A stretch of 62,126 nucleotides of DNA, filler included, from Sphacelaria rigidula (Eukaryota), in NCBI GenBank assembly GCA_964200075.2. It is 4 parts of 4 records of this genome, joined end to end, with 100 filler letters (N's around TTAATTAATTAA, not from the genome) between each part and the next. Parts side by side here need not be neighbours in the genome. Positions count along the whole stretch, not along the records: positions 15,560 to 31,017 come from CAXNAA020001737.1; positions 31,118 to 46,572 come from CAXNAA020001738.1; 2 more parts are not named here. One strand, given 5' to 3'. Below, piece by piece: positions 24,035-36,630 of this stretch (positions within the stretch are counted from its first letter, which is position 1; every line of letters starts with the position of its first letter). The notes under the pieces were generated by a model. The model had not been told where the DNA came from. It was given only the letters and a program-made list of their open reading frames with translations, and searched no databases. The position numbers and the translations under genes are program-made.

Positions 24035-26189
24035 CTGACATACCCGTACGAGCTGGGCCGGCCTAGAAGCGGATTTGTAGTTTACAGCCCCACCGGAACA
24101 AGGCGCCCACCCGCTGCAAGTATGCCATGAGTCCCCAAGCAAACGCTAAGGGTGCCTTACATCAGCAGGAACGCCGAGAAAAGTTTCACGGCTGGTGATG
24201 TTATCTTCGCCAGTTTTTGCATATCCGGCTGGGAGTGCAGCGATGTGTGTTGAAGGGGCGTTCAGTACATACCCGTCCGACACTTCTTGAAGAGGTGGTG
24301 ACCTCTGTGTCAGCCGATGACACCCTCTTGAAGGTTTTGAGACGTACAGAGTGGCACACGCGTGGCTAGGGCCGAGTTAGGATCGGCAAAGTAACGGATT
24401 CCTGGACAGCTCACAACGTGTACTGTTCATGTTTGATCTGAGACCAATAAAATATTTTGGCGTTTCCTCCTGGTACTCACCGCGGCTCATCTCCAAGTGA
24501 CAGTGCAGCTTTGGTGGAGTTGTTCGAGTTCTTGTACAACTTGCTCTGTGTATCTTTGGGTTTCCGTGTGTAAAGATCAGGAGTCGGCACCATAATGTGT
24601 CCACGTCTCATGTTGTGCACTTACCTTGATTTTAAACCATTGTGGGAAAGTATCTCCATACTCATGCTCACAGTCGCTGGCACCTCCAAACGAGGCGAAT
24701 CGCTCATGCAGGGGGATGAATTCTTTACCACTTTGAACAACTGAGTGTCGATCACCTTGTTGCATTGAATGATGAAGGCCAAATTTCGCTATAGGGATGC
24801 TTGCTGCAGCTACATAAAGGTGTCTCGGTAGTTGCTGACCATATTTGTGGGAAGTTGAATGGCAGCTCAGCGACCTCGGCGCTGAACTGCATGGCTGTGA
24901 TACGCGAAGCAGCGACAACACGGATTCCAAGCCCAAATTTGAAGGTGGTTCTGGTGCACGTAATTTGTTTCACAGCGTGTGATGATGACACAATACAGAT
25001 GTTACACACAAGTCTTGACGCCGCCCGCCGGCGATCAACTAAGGGTTGTATACTTGTGAGAGGACAAGGCACCTCGATTGTACCACGTTGAACCAGTAAG
25101 CAGAACGAAGCAGTGCTCTTGCTCGAACCTCCAGTCCTCGAAAAAGAGTCGTTGACCCACCGGTTTATGTTGCGGCAAGACGCAAAATAAATCTGGCAGT
25201 CGACGATACTTTGCACAAGATATGCTGGTGGCTTTTTTGTTGTCGACTTTGTGCACGCAGTGCTTCGCAGGTGATCCTGCACAACGTCAGGGGAAACGCT
25301 TGGGTCGCGCCCATCTCGCAATGTATCGCTCCAGGCATTGATTTTTTGTGAAGATGCGACTTTTAGCAAGCGAGATCTACTGGAGATGTGTAGACCTGGA
25401 TGTCTCCGCAGAATTAAAGATACACTGACGATTGGTGGTCGTGTCCGTCACTTTCTCTACAGCAGCAGCGCCTGGCGCGAGCGATGGAATTCACGAATGT
25501 ACAATATAAGAAATACCCCTCGATTCCGCCCAGCAACATGGACTACGGCCGCCTATAGCCCGCTAATTTTCAACTGAGGGGTTCATTATGTGGACGCCCC
25601 GTTGTACTGCGCTGACCAAGCATACTTGAGTGAAGCAGACCCTAACTTCCTCCATTCCCCCTTCCTGTGATTCCAGTTCAACATGCGGTCCCAATATCTG
25701 AAAGCTTCGCCACCGACGGTCCTCTGGGTGCATTTTGTTTCCTCTGTCAACGAAAACCCCAGTCGCTCCCTCTCTTCCTTGAAATCATTTTCAAAACGAA
25801 ACAAAACACTCACGATGTAAATGTTCCCGTCTCGAGTATTCTCGGGTAAGCTGGCAGCTGCAAATAATAGCTGATTTTCGACGTAGTGCACCGTCTAACA
25901 AACACCAAGGAAAGCACGAGACAGCTGAAGCCCGGGGTCAAGAGCGCACAAGTGTTGGGTTTGTCAAGTGCTCAGGTCGATCTTTCTCGAAAGCGTGTCC
26001 TGCGGTGTCTGTGCACGGCTGTAGGCTGCTCAGCAGTTGGTGTAGCTACGACAGTTTTGGGTAACCATTGAGGCACCCGGGCTACTAGCGACGCAGACAT
26101 GTTGGGTAAACATTATTGCTCAGAAATTAGCTCCAAAGCCCACCAGCAAAGACTCCCTGAATGGGTTATACGTGACCTTGAATACCAAG

Positions 26190-28619
26190 CAAGGGGTGGA
26201 GCTCTGAGTGGCAGGGCACTACATACCGAGAGTATGACCAGCACGAGGTACATGCTGTGTATTGAGCGAGTTTCTGAATAGCGTCAATACTCGGTGTTCG
26301 CTGAACAACACGATATAACCAGTGCTCAATATGCAGTAGCTGTGTATCCTCTGTCGTTTGGCCGCGCTACTTCTCATCCTTTTCCCATACTTCGAATCCC
26401 TCTCCGCCTTTCGGGCGAGTTTGTGGTGTCAAGATATCAATTTATCTCTCCCTGGGTACATGGGTGTATTTTCGACACTTGAATAATTGAATTAGCCCTC
26501 CCGCGAGCCGCCGACTTTCATCCAGTTTCTACTCTGCTTCTCACGTCCTCACGCTTTGACGATGAAAACCAGACTCTGTGTCAAGCAAACCACATATATC
26601 GGGATTCGAACCCACAGATCTCTGGATAGCGCAAATTGCAGGACACTCTAACCTCATTCACATACCTATATAACTCTGCTCCTCGCTGTAGGTGAAGTTT
26701 GTGAACAAAGATGGAGAACAAGTGGCTGAGATGGACGTGCCAGAGGATCGCTACATCTACTTCGCCACTGAAGATGCCGGAATAGACGTGCCGATCGTCA
26801 ACAAGCACAAAATGTGCCGAAATGGCTGCTGCACCACGTGCGCGGCGAAGGTGCTCGAGGGCAAGGTGTGTGCACGAATTCACTAGTTTGGCGTTTAGCC
26901 TGTGGGTTATGTGGTATTGATGCGCCCCGTCCTTTGATGTGCGGTGCTGAGATTCAGCAATGTACTATCTCACCTCGGGATTGTAGACTCACGCTGGAAA
27001 ACCCTGGCCGCCTCTCTCCAGATGCATTGCTTGAATGACCCATGTAGTAGTCAGGACATGAACATTTTTTTCCCAGTGTAAGCAAACCGCTGGTCGCTGT
27101 TTCTTCGTTCCATCGCCAATGGAACATGAACAGTGGACGCAGTCATCATCAGAAAACATTGCGGTATGTGAACCTCCCAACATTGTAGCATACTGTACAC
27201 CCGACAAACCTGTAGCCTTTGTTTCAGTACGTGAATGCTACGCCTCCGACTGCGGTGTAGCGTGTGAGCATGGACATGAAAAGAAGACCCGGCTGAGCCG
27301 CTTTCCCCCCGATATGCGTTTGACGGCAACTTGTCGCCCAGTCGAAGTATATGTGTGTTGAAAGGCGTGTATACTTCGCGGATATCATGTTTTGGTGCAT
27401 AAATCATCAGGTGACGCACGACGGTGCTCTGGGGTTGCTGAAGGACCTCAAACTGGAGGGCTACGCGCTCATGTGCTGCTCCTACCCCAACTCAGATCTT
27501 GTTGTTGAGTTGCAAGATGAGGACGAGGTGAGGTTTGCTGCATGCTCATGCGTGACTGCTGCCATGGTGTAATCCAACGGTTTCGCCGGAAACTCCTAGC
27601 CCCAAGATCTTGATGACTGTCAGGCTATCTCGAATTTTGTACGTTGAGTGTATTCTTATCGTCACATTGTGGTTGACTTACGACGCATCACGCTTCAAAT
27701 GGCGTTTTTTGAATGGTTCATGAAAGTGACACAGTATGCTTCGCCTGGTGCACCGTTCATATTTGTCACAAGGTGTACGTGTAGGTGACCTTGATGTGTG
27801 TGTATTAGTTGCAGACAGTCGCAGGCGGAAGTGTTTCCATTTTGTTTGTCCTTGGCAATAGCCATGGTGGCACGCGCAGCCGCAATTTCATTACCGATGA
27901 AACCTACAGCTCACACTAGCTATTTCTACGCCTTATGCCGCCGTGTCCCTGTGGCCGAATGGTACAACTTACACCATTAGGTCGGAAAGATGCGGGTTGG
28001 ATTCCCGGAAGATGCATCTGGGTTTTTCCTCGAAAACATCTGTTCACGTCGTTGAAGACTTTGAAAACGAGAGGGCGTGAGTAGCAAAAAAGAAGTCGGA
28101 CAAGATTTCACGGGGGTACGGGTGTGTTGTTCCAATTCACGATACCAAAACATAAGGAGGCGTGTACCGATTACGGGACGGGTCGATCTCTTGAGGTCAT
28201 GGACTTGTCCCTAGGAAAGGGAGGGGTTTGAAGCGTCACAAAAATGAACAAACCTACTGCCTTTGCTGTGCTCACCGAAGTCTATGGACCACTCATATAT
28301 CTCGTGCGTTTCTTCTTTCAACTCCTGACGCACCCTTTGGTGGATGCCTGAGGTTTCCACTATCTTCAAATAGCCGATGCCAAATTTACTGGATGGAGAC
28401 GAGTGGGCAGTTGAGAGTTGAATGCTCCCTACTTTTGTTCACGAGGTGTTCATACTTCGATACAGCTGGTAGCGTTGTGTTCCGCTGTGTGTGACACATT
28501 ATCGCCGAGCTCTAACACCTGTTGTGCTTGTCTGACGGCAGGTATACATGAAGCAGTTCGGAGACTCGTTTGAAGGCGGAGGCGTGGAATGGGGTGGATT
28601 CTTCCTTGACGAGGATTAG
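26190..28619 (+). CDS. FdC2: Ferredoxin C2/Fed2-like [2Fe-2S] protein, 5' partial; exons 26190(or 26194)-26247, 26692-26865, 27411-27527, 28542-28619; further candidate exon 25910-26004
   Basis: GT-AG exons join in frame: HE|VKFVNKDGEQVAEMDVPEDRYIYF...CRNGCCTTCAAKVLEGK|VTHDGALGLLKDLKLEGYALMCCSYPNSDLVVELQDEDE|VYMKQFGDSFEGGGVEWGGFFLDED*. VPED.YI, CR.GCCT.CA and QDEDEVY..QFG are FdC2/Fed2 hallmarks. Start exon not resolved. Confidence 0.9.
26599..26665 (-). pseudogene. tRNA-like remnant in an FdC2 intron
   Basis: Minus strand reads ...GAGGTTAGAGTG...GTGGGTTCGAATCCCGA (B box); cloverleaf incomplete. Confidence 0.35.
27938..28244 (+). mobile_element. tRNA-derived SINE, diverged copy 3 (in the last FdC2 intron)
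   Basis: A box GTGGCCGAATGG, B box GGTTGGATTCCC; the 3' body GGACTTGTCCCTAGGAAAGGGAGGGGTTTGAAGCGTCACAAAA resembles copies 1 and 2. Confidence 0.7.
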
Positions 28620-30192
28620 TCACAGTCGACCACGTTTTTTGTTTCGTTTCGTCGGAGATTTTCTGCTTTTCCGTGTTCCCTGACATTCCAGTACTGTCAA
28701 TGATTCTTGTTTCTGTGCATGTTTGTCGTGTTACACCGTAAGTGTAAATGCGGATTTTGTCTTGTTTTTATTACATTTCAGTGTTGCCACAAGAACAGTT
28801 GATATTAACAGTTGTTGCGTTGCTGGAGAGTTACGTGCGTGCGCATGTCTGTGATGAAACCCAGCATTCATCCAATGAGCACGTGTTTGAGCGCGAGGTG
28901 AGCTTTGCGATTCCAACCCCATGTGGGGGAATGCGGGCTGTTTCCTGTGCTTTCGCCTGGTTGTTTCCCTACTGTCCGTGCCCACCCCTGATTTAACTTG
29001 CTATTTTTGAAAGGATGGGCGACTCACTACTCATGGGATAACTCAAAGCTCATCGGATGAGTAATGAGCCGTTCTCCAGACGGAGAACCGTAATAGGTGC
29101 ACTTATCGGCACTCTCCCCGCCGTTCCGCAACACTCGCTTGGCATGGCATCCGCGGGGACAAGCCACTGGAACTATTCGTGAGGCTCCTTGCCAGCACTT
29201 TCTGTCATCGTGCACCGATTCGCCGCAATGCGTCGGATCGTGTCGTCCGAAAATGGACAGCCGAAATCACGTGGGGGTAAAGACCTGCTGTGAAAGGTTG
29301 CGCACGTACGAAAAAATGTATCATGAACACATATTTACCCGAAAACAATGTGCCGACCGTGCTCAACATATTTCTTTGCTCTAGAAATTATATGCCCAAC
29401 ATATGTGAAGTATCCGTTTACTCCAAACAACTTCCCCAACTTTACCCAGGAATCTGCCCGTTCAGAACAGCACTTCCAAACATCGATGTCTGCCAGGTGA
29501 AAGCAACTTCCCCGACCGTTGGCAAATATCCACCAGCTGACAGGGACTTTCCAGAACTTTGATGAATCTTTTCTCCATCAAGATAAACTTTTCGAATGTG
29601 ATACATGTGAGCATTTGTAAAGAACACTCAGGTTTGCCAGTAAAACGAATTTAAAATGGATGTATCCAGTGCGGGACATCTCATGTTTACACCACGTGCA
29701 GTTTTCGTCTGCATTGTGAACGGTATGGATGCAACGCATAGACGAGAAGGGTATTCCCAGAAGTAAGGTTTATATGGAGACCACATATGTGAACGTGATG
29801 AACACCAAAATGCACATGTAAGCCGGGAAACAGCCTCAGGAACGGGGTCCACCAGCGACACACATGAGCAGACCCGAAACGTTCAAACCGGTGAAACTGG
29901 ATCTTTGGCAACCTAGGCAGCAGGGTCTCCGGTAGAAAGAGCCCGGAACAGTGGGGCCATCGCATAAACCCTGGTTGAACGTAGGCGGTAGTGCCGTTCA
30001 AGCTCGATCACTTCTTCCTGCCTGCCATCGGTCACTGCCACATCCTTGCCTAAGTGACAGGAGAGAGAATCACGCCTCGCTCTGGAGGTCCTTCGGCGAC
30101 AGGGTACGACGAAGTTCTTCTTCGGGACCCGTAACTATACTGCCTCACCCCTAGCGAAGCCTGGTTCACATTAACCTTTTTATGGGGTTCAA

Positions 30193-30291
30193 CCCTTAGA
30201 CCGCGAGGTTAGTCTTCTGTTGAATCGGCATCAATTTCAAGTGAAAAAAAAGTATGCATGATCCAGAAAGACCAATCTCGCGGTCTAAGGG
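30193..30291. mobile_element. piggyBac-like MITE (~100 bp)
   Basis: TIRs CCCTTAGACCGCGAG / CTCGCGGTCTAAGGG, flanked by TCAA and TTAA. Confidence 0.8.
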
Positions 30292-30920
30292 TTAAGTGGG
30301 CAATCCGACCCCCGGACTCCTGCAGCAGAAATGCCGAGCACAGGTAGAAGGTACTACAACACCAACCTCTGGTGATGAAACGAAACGCCTACTTATAAGT
30401 AGACGGAAGACTTGGGGAAAGATGAAACTCTGTTGCTACTCTCCACTCCAAACATACTTTGGCTAGCCATCACATGGACTATGTTATGGTGCACACAGGC
30501 TTCTTCGAGCTCCGCCAGGGCGAGCAGCAGTATCCGAAATCATCCCCTCAAGAACGAGAGGGCTACTTCTTAGGCATGGCAAGGATGGATGGGGTTCTTG
30601 TCGTGGCAACAATCAGTAGCGGGGGTCGTACCCCCCTTGGAGAAACAAGTTAGTTCACACAAACGCGATCGTCGTTACGTCGTCGACGTAAGATTATCCA
30701 CACTCCCGAAGCTTGCAGCACGAGAACGTGACGGATGCTCGTCTCCTTTGTGTCCTCCATCGTCGTCTCAACACGATACACCGTCTTTCGACGATTCGAC
30801 AACATCATCGGTAAGCATATCACATACAGTACTACCATTACTTTTCATGACATATTCGTGCCATCTACCACTAACGGCTACTCCTGGACGATAATCACGC
30901 ACCATGCAGCAGGACGGCAG

Positions 30921-30956
<36 letters not shown>

Positions 30957-31017
30957 CCGCCTTTATTATTTATGCTCTTTTTTTTTTCTCTTATACGCAC
31001 AAAAATCAACCGGTATC

Positions 31018-31117
31018 NNNNNNNNNNNNNNNNNNNNNNNNNNNNNNNNNNNNNNNNNNNNTTAATTAATTAANNNNNNNNNNNNNNNNNNNNNNNNNNN
31101 NNNNNNNNNNNNNNNNN
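31018..31117. other. Artificial contig spacer
   Basis: N block with TTAATTAATTAA. Confidence 0.99.
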
Positions 31118-31184
31118 CAATGAGTTGCTTTATTTTCTGGTATCGCCACTTCCAGAGACAGCCACAGCTTCTACACTGCCTTAT

Positions 31185-31253
31185 GGGTGTACTCATTTGT
31201 TGCTTGCCCTAGTCGTTGCATCATTGACCACGCGTCCCTCTCGACGGAGCACT
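31185..31253 (-). mobile_element. Short copy of the 70-nt structured retro-motif
   Basis: GTGTACTCATTTGTTGCTTGCCCTAGTCGTTGCATCATTGACCACGCGTCCCTCTCGACGGAGCAC. Confidence 0.7.
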
Positions 31254-31894
31254 AGAGGACGGGCGTGGGGTAGGAGGGAGGAGATGCGCTGTTGTCAAAC
31301 ACGCAAAAATATGGAACCATTCAGTTACCGTTTTATTGCAGCGGCTTGTTTCTGTGTCTCGAGAGTGAGCCCGACAGCGAAGTGTGGCTTCAGCGTGGCA
31401 TGTTTTTTTTTTTTTTATGGGCAGGATATGCTTCTCGCCATCTGCAAACCACCCTACTCGCTGCTTTAACAAGAATGTGCACACGCTTCAGATAGATCGA
31501 TTTTCGTTGCACACCAACGTGAATCCGGAGACAGAGTACGCCCACGCAATAACTGAGCGATGCCCCGAGCTGCATCACACACAGAGCACAGCTGGGTTAT
31601 CATTATTACAAGGATCGGACGGGGCCGCCTATCGGCGGCCCCGTCCTCCATGAGAGGCGTGGAAAAATGAAAGGTAGACGGTGAAGGTGATGACTCCTAC
31701 CAAGAGATGAAGCTGAAGAGATGATATGTGTATTGGTAAAGAATCTCACTTATATTAGAGTGGTAGAAGGGTGCAACGAATGAAACGTGTGAAGAACGCG
31801 GAACAGCCGAATGTGTCACCGACATTTCGTTATGGAAAAAAAAAAAAGAGTAGAACCCGGAGTCAAACGTAGATTAGTCATAGAAGAGTAGGAG

Positions 31895-32310
31895 ATTATA
31901 CCGAAGTTGAGAATTTGCTTACGAAAAAGCAAAACCTCTATGTACACCACTCGTTCGAAATCTGAACCAACATATACGACATTTAAGGAGAACAGCTATA
32001 CTGTACAGACAGTAAAAAGTACACGATTCCATATACCGAGGTTACAATTGCACAGAAGTTGTTAATTTGCTTACGAAAGAGCAAAATCTTCATGTACAAC
32101 AGTCGGTTGCAAGTAGAACCAACATATATGGCATAAGAGGAAAAAAGCAGGACTTTTCAAAACAGGAAAGAGGATACGACAACATATACCGAGGCTACGA
32201 CAGAGTACATGGGCTGAAACCCACTGCAAGAAAAAAGTCTGCAAAATCCATGTTCAACAGTCGGTTGAAATCCGATTTAACATGTACGACATGAAACGAT
32301 AAAAGCTGAA
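31895..32310. repeat. Degenerate tandem repeat, 3 units of ~140-150 bp
   Basis: ATACCGA(A/G)G...ATGT(A/T)CA(A/C)CA(G/C)TCG...AACAT(A/G)TA recurs three times. Confidence 0.65.
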
Positions 32311-32952
32311 CCTACGATCTGACACTTTGATTATGAAAAACAAAAAATTTCACGTATACATGCATACACGCGATGAACACAGGTGACACCAGACTGCAGA
32401 ACGATTTCTTGGAGTTCGATGAATTTTGGTGTCGCAGTTTTTTTGTTTTCTCTTCGTCTCTTTCTGGGTTATCTATTATTTGGCAATCGCAGCCTTTATT
32501 GTATATGTGAAACACATCACGTTAAAATGGTAACGCGAGTATATTTATATTCCCTTACAAGATAGGCGTCTGAATCGTGTAAGCGCGACATATGCGTGCG
32601 TCATATCCATATGATTTCAATCAACAACAATCATAGGCGCTGTGTTTGTTGTTGCCTGTTTGCAGGCCGTTGATTTGTGTTCCTAGGTACCCCGAACCCC
32701 AGGACAAATACAAAAAACCTCGGCCTAAAAGTTCACCACACCGCAGGAAAACGCCTGTACAATTGAACGACCCCCGAACCCGAGCAAGTCGAATCTGAGG
32801 AACATAGAAACGCCGACGAAAATAGTGTGGTGCGAATTCTGTAAACAGGCATTAACAAACAGGGCACCAAACGGCGGGAAATTGGCTGCTGAAATCACCG
32901 AACCTTGATCCTCGGGATTCTTAAAACGAAACTAAATTTACAACAAATACGA

Positions 32953-33545
32953 AGGGGTCAGCAGTCCTTTTCCCATGTCGACCGGGAAGTCAATTAATGT
33001 GTACCCACGACATTTTCGCCCTCCATCGTTGAACATCGTGTGAAGGGACAACCGGTATCGCTTTCTATGTATGTATATCCATTACGAAAGGGCAAAAACA
33101 CAGACATTACTGCTGAACATGAACTCTTCTTGCTGTCGATGGCAAATAATGAATACTGAAAGCAAGACACAGCAGAAGGTCGTGGTGCTTGCCTGTATTT
33201 TTTATCGCGCGAAGGGTTCAGCAGTCCCTTTCCGTCGTCAACCGTGAAGTTGATTTTTGTGTACCCACGACATTTTCGCCCTCCACTGTTGGGAAAAGCG
33301 TGAGAGGAAGATGTTTATCGTAAAAAATTACATCTCGACAACAAAAACACAAAGTCAAGACGGAAAAGTAAAGGCGCACTACTACACCTTCGCGGAATAA
33401 CCGGTATCGCTTATAACCGGTATCGCTTTCCATGTATGTATATCTATTATGAACGAGCAAAAACACAGACATTACTGCTGAACATGAACTCTTCCTGACG
33501 ATGGCAAATAATAAAGACTGAAAGCAAGCCACAGCAGAAGGTCCT
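32953..33545. repeat. Two direct copies of a dispersed repeat; related fragment inverted at 16421-16495
   Basis: TCAGCAGTCC..TTCC...GTGTACCCACGACATTTTCGCCCTCCA and ACACAGACATTACTGCTGAACATGAACTCTTC each occur twice. Confidence 0.8.
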
Positions 33546-33944
33546 GGGAGTTGACCGCAACGGAAAGCGGGTAAGCGCAAACTTTGAAACATTCACAGGT
33601 TGGGTCATTCACACCAATGTGATGTCTCCTGTATATTCGAATATGCACGTTGTCGTTTCAAATTTCCGTTTCAGAATTAGAGTGTCAGATCCACAATAAG
33701 GGTTCCGCGTATTGCCTATCACTCGCAAACTTTCACGCACTAAGAGATTAGGTCGAAGGTCGAATCTCGCCCTCGCCCAAGGTGACCGGTGATGGAGAAA
33801 CATTGCGCTGTCTCATCGAGCTTTCGAAAATGAATAATGTCACAGGGTGAAGTAGAGCTGAAGGGTTTTGTGAAGTGTACTGTTTTAAGAGTAGGTCTAA
33901 TTGACCCGCTTGCACGGGAGCGTTCGCACGTAATATTAGTTAGA

Positions 33945-33957
33945 CATATTATTGTTA

Positions 33958-33991
<34 letters not shown>

Positions 33992-34040
33992 CATTACTAT
34001 TATTATTATTGTTATTACTATTATCATTACTATTATCAAT
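33945..34040. repeat. (ATT)n microsatellite
   Basis: Long imperfect ATT run. Confidence 0.95.
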
Positions 34041-34041
34041 A

Positions 34042-36381
34042 CTTCCTCTGTCTCATAAGTAAAGGTGCCTAAATTTCACGGTTAGGCCAAATCAACTCGT
34101 GAGTCAACTCAGAATCTTCATTTCGACGAATAAATCATACGGTTCGGACATCATTTGTAATTCACGCAGCCAACCCTTCTTCATGACTCAAGGCGTGAGT
34201 GGCTTGTACATGTACACCATGAGTGACAAGTTCAACGTGAGCGCCCGTATATGTTTTCCACCTTCGGATTAATGCGGGACCTACATAAGTCATACAGGTT
34301 ATTCAATCTGCAGCCATGGGCCCTGAACCACACACACTTTTCTCCAACCTATAATGCGCGCAAGATGCCTGCACTACACAATATATTATATGTTATCCAT
34401 CCTCGGGTGAATGTGGGACCCACACTCGACAAAGAGCTGAATTCTGCCATTTCATGCTCATGGGGCCTGAATCACGCGTATTTTTCTCCCATGGGTAATG
34501 CGCTGCATATGTGTTATCCACCCTCGACCCAGCGGACCAATGGTTTATACAGCATGACAACTTGCGCATCATGGCGAGTCAACATAACCCCACACCCGGC
34601 AGGTACAAGGAGGCGCGGCAATTCGCCGCGACTGGTAAGTACGGTGCACGAGCGGTACCTCTGCGTAATGGTGGGAAGATGCGTTCTTCCAATCAGGAAC
34701 CATCGACGGCGTGGTCGTATGCTGTTGTGTTGGGACCTCACAGGAAGGAAACACGCAGTATTGTACTGAAAGCATCTGTACGAATTGCTCCGCCGTGCCG
34801 GCACACGGAGCGCTATTCACTTTTCTGTGCTTCAGACTAACCGACAGCGAAGTGAATGTGGTCGGTACTATAGTACGGGGCTAAAACATCGAGGATATTG
34901 TAGATTGCACATCGTGAACAAAGTTGGGCAGTGGTGTACGGTGGTTCACCGCGGTTGGCAATTGCTGTGTAAAAACAGACCTTGACGGAACCCACTCGGG
35001 GTTTCCTTGTCCGGGTCCAACAAAGCATAGCGCAGCAGCACGGATACATTACGCTGGGCTAGCCTACGCTACGCTACACTAGACTAGACTACAATACACA
35101 CTACAGCACATCACGGCAGAGTTCCGCACAAACCAGCACGGCAGCGTACTGTGTGCTTCCACAATACACTACTGTACGCTGCACTACACTACACTCACGG
35201 GCTTACTACACATACCACAACAGAAAAAGCCCAACGCAGAGCAGCGCAGTTCAACACAGAACATTACTGTGATACCGTACCGTACCGTGAACGGTACCGA
35301 CTGCGCACTCGATGGTATCATAATTTTTGGCGATGTGGCATGTTGACTCGTTAGTCAACTCAGAGCTATCATTTCAATGAATAGATCATACTAGTCGTAC
35401 ATCAGTTGTATTTCATACAGCTTCTTAGCTTGTGCGTGGCTCAGCATAACCCGAAGGTACTCGCTCCATACCTTCCATGACTCCCGGGGTAAATAATGTG
35501 CACCTAGTCAACCCTGTACTGAAAATTTTGATGCATCGATTGTACATGTCACGCACTTCTTATCATGACTCGGGAACGCCACGTAGAACTTGCTTGGCCA
35601 ACTTGTTGGGGATGAGCACCCGTACATTCTTCCCACCTTCCGGCTAATGCGGGACTAACAAGTTGTACAGGTTGACTCTTCACATCCGATGATGGGCCCT
35701 GAACCATGCGTAATTTTGTCAAATATGTAATGCGCGCAAGATGACTACGGTGCATATGTCTTATCCACCCTCGACTCAGCGGGACCAGCGGTTTATACAG
35801 CATGACTGCTTGCGCGTCATGGCGAGTCGACTCGTATGAATTCTGATGTGTCCTAACCGTGCTAAATTTGTACGGGCCCTCAACGATGTCCGATCCTTTT
35901 ATTTTTTTTGTTAATGAACTTTACGGTGTTTTTTGGGTTGAGAAAATGTGTTCAAAATTTGCAGCTCGTGCTTGAACCATGCCGCCGAACGGCTGCAAAA
36001 AAAAGTAGACGGCCCAAGCATGCCCGTTTTTTGCCCCTTTTCGAGGGGAAAAAAACTGTCGGAAAAAAAAATGATTCTTCTTTAAATCGCGTGGGACTTC
36101 CTGGCAGCAAGCCCCAGTGGAGGCGGGGGCGACAAAAAAAAACGAGAAATAAAAAATCGACACTTTTTGTCCCCTCGGAAAGGGGCAAAAAACGGCCATT
36201 TTTGGGCCGACAACTTTTTTGGCAGCCGTTCGGCGGCATGGTTCAAGCACGAGCTGCAAATGTTCAACACATTTTCTCATCCCCACAAAGCACCGTAGAT
36301 TTCATTACAAAAAAAAAAACGATCGGACATCGTTAAGGGCCCGTACAAATTTAGGTACCTTGACTTATGGGACAGAGGACG
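34042..36381. mobile_element. Stowaway/Tc1-mariner-like fold-back MITE (~550 bp excluding the nested insert)
   Basis: TA|CTTCCTCTGTCTCATAAGT ... ACTTATGGGACAGAGGACG|TA. Inverted arms of ~200 bp at 35862-36354. The left TIR is split by the 34077-35861 insertion. Confidence 0.85.
34077..35861. mobile_element. Non-autonomous DNA transposon (CA...TG ends, 8-bp TSD; hAT or P type) nested in the MITE
   Basis: TIRs CACGGTTAGG / CCTAACCGTG. TSD CTAAATTT at 34069-34076 and 35862-35869. Two ~490-bp internal direct repeats. Confidence 0.85.
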
Positions 36382-36630
36382 TATTATTATTTCCGCACAC
36401 GGTATGTTGCAGAAAGCAGCTCGTGACTGTATCCCACATAGAAATACGTACATCAACTTTGTAACGACAAACGGAGGGACACACGTACAGACATAGGGCC
36501 CCGTGAGCATACTTGCACAAGGGAAGCTTGGCTGTACGGATCATTAATTGTTCCGAAGAGCAACAGGCATGTCTGAGGAAAATGTGATCGCCGGAACAAC
36601 ATGTCCGGTGTTGTCTTATCGGTGCATTAC

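Noticed and set aside
18755..24090. Inverted 40-bp matches at 18755-18795 and 24045-24087 as TIRs enclosing 5 kb
   Set aside because: Comparison with other copies shows the ends face outward, so each belongs to a separate element.
27773..27784. GTG TAC GTG TAG as the last FdC2 exon
   Set aside because: 28542-28619 gives the conserved VY..QFG tail with a better acceptor.
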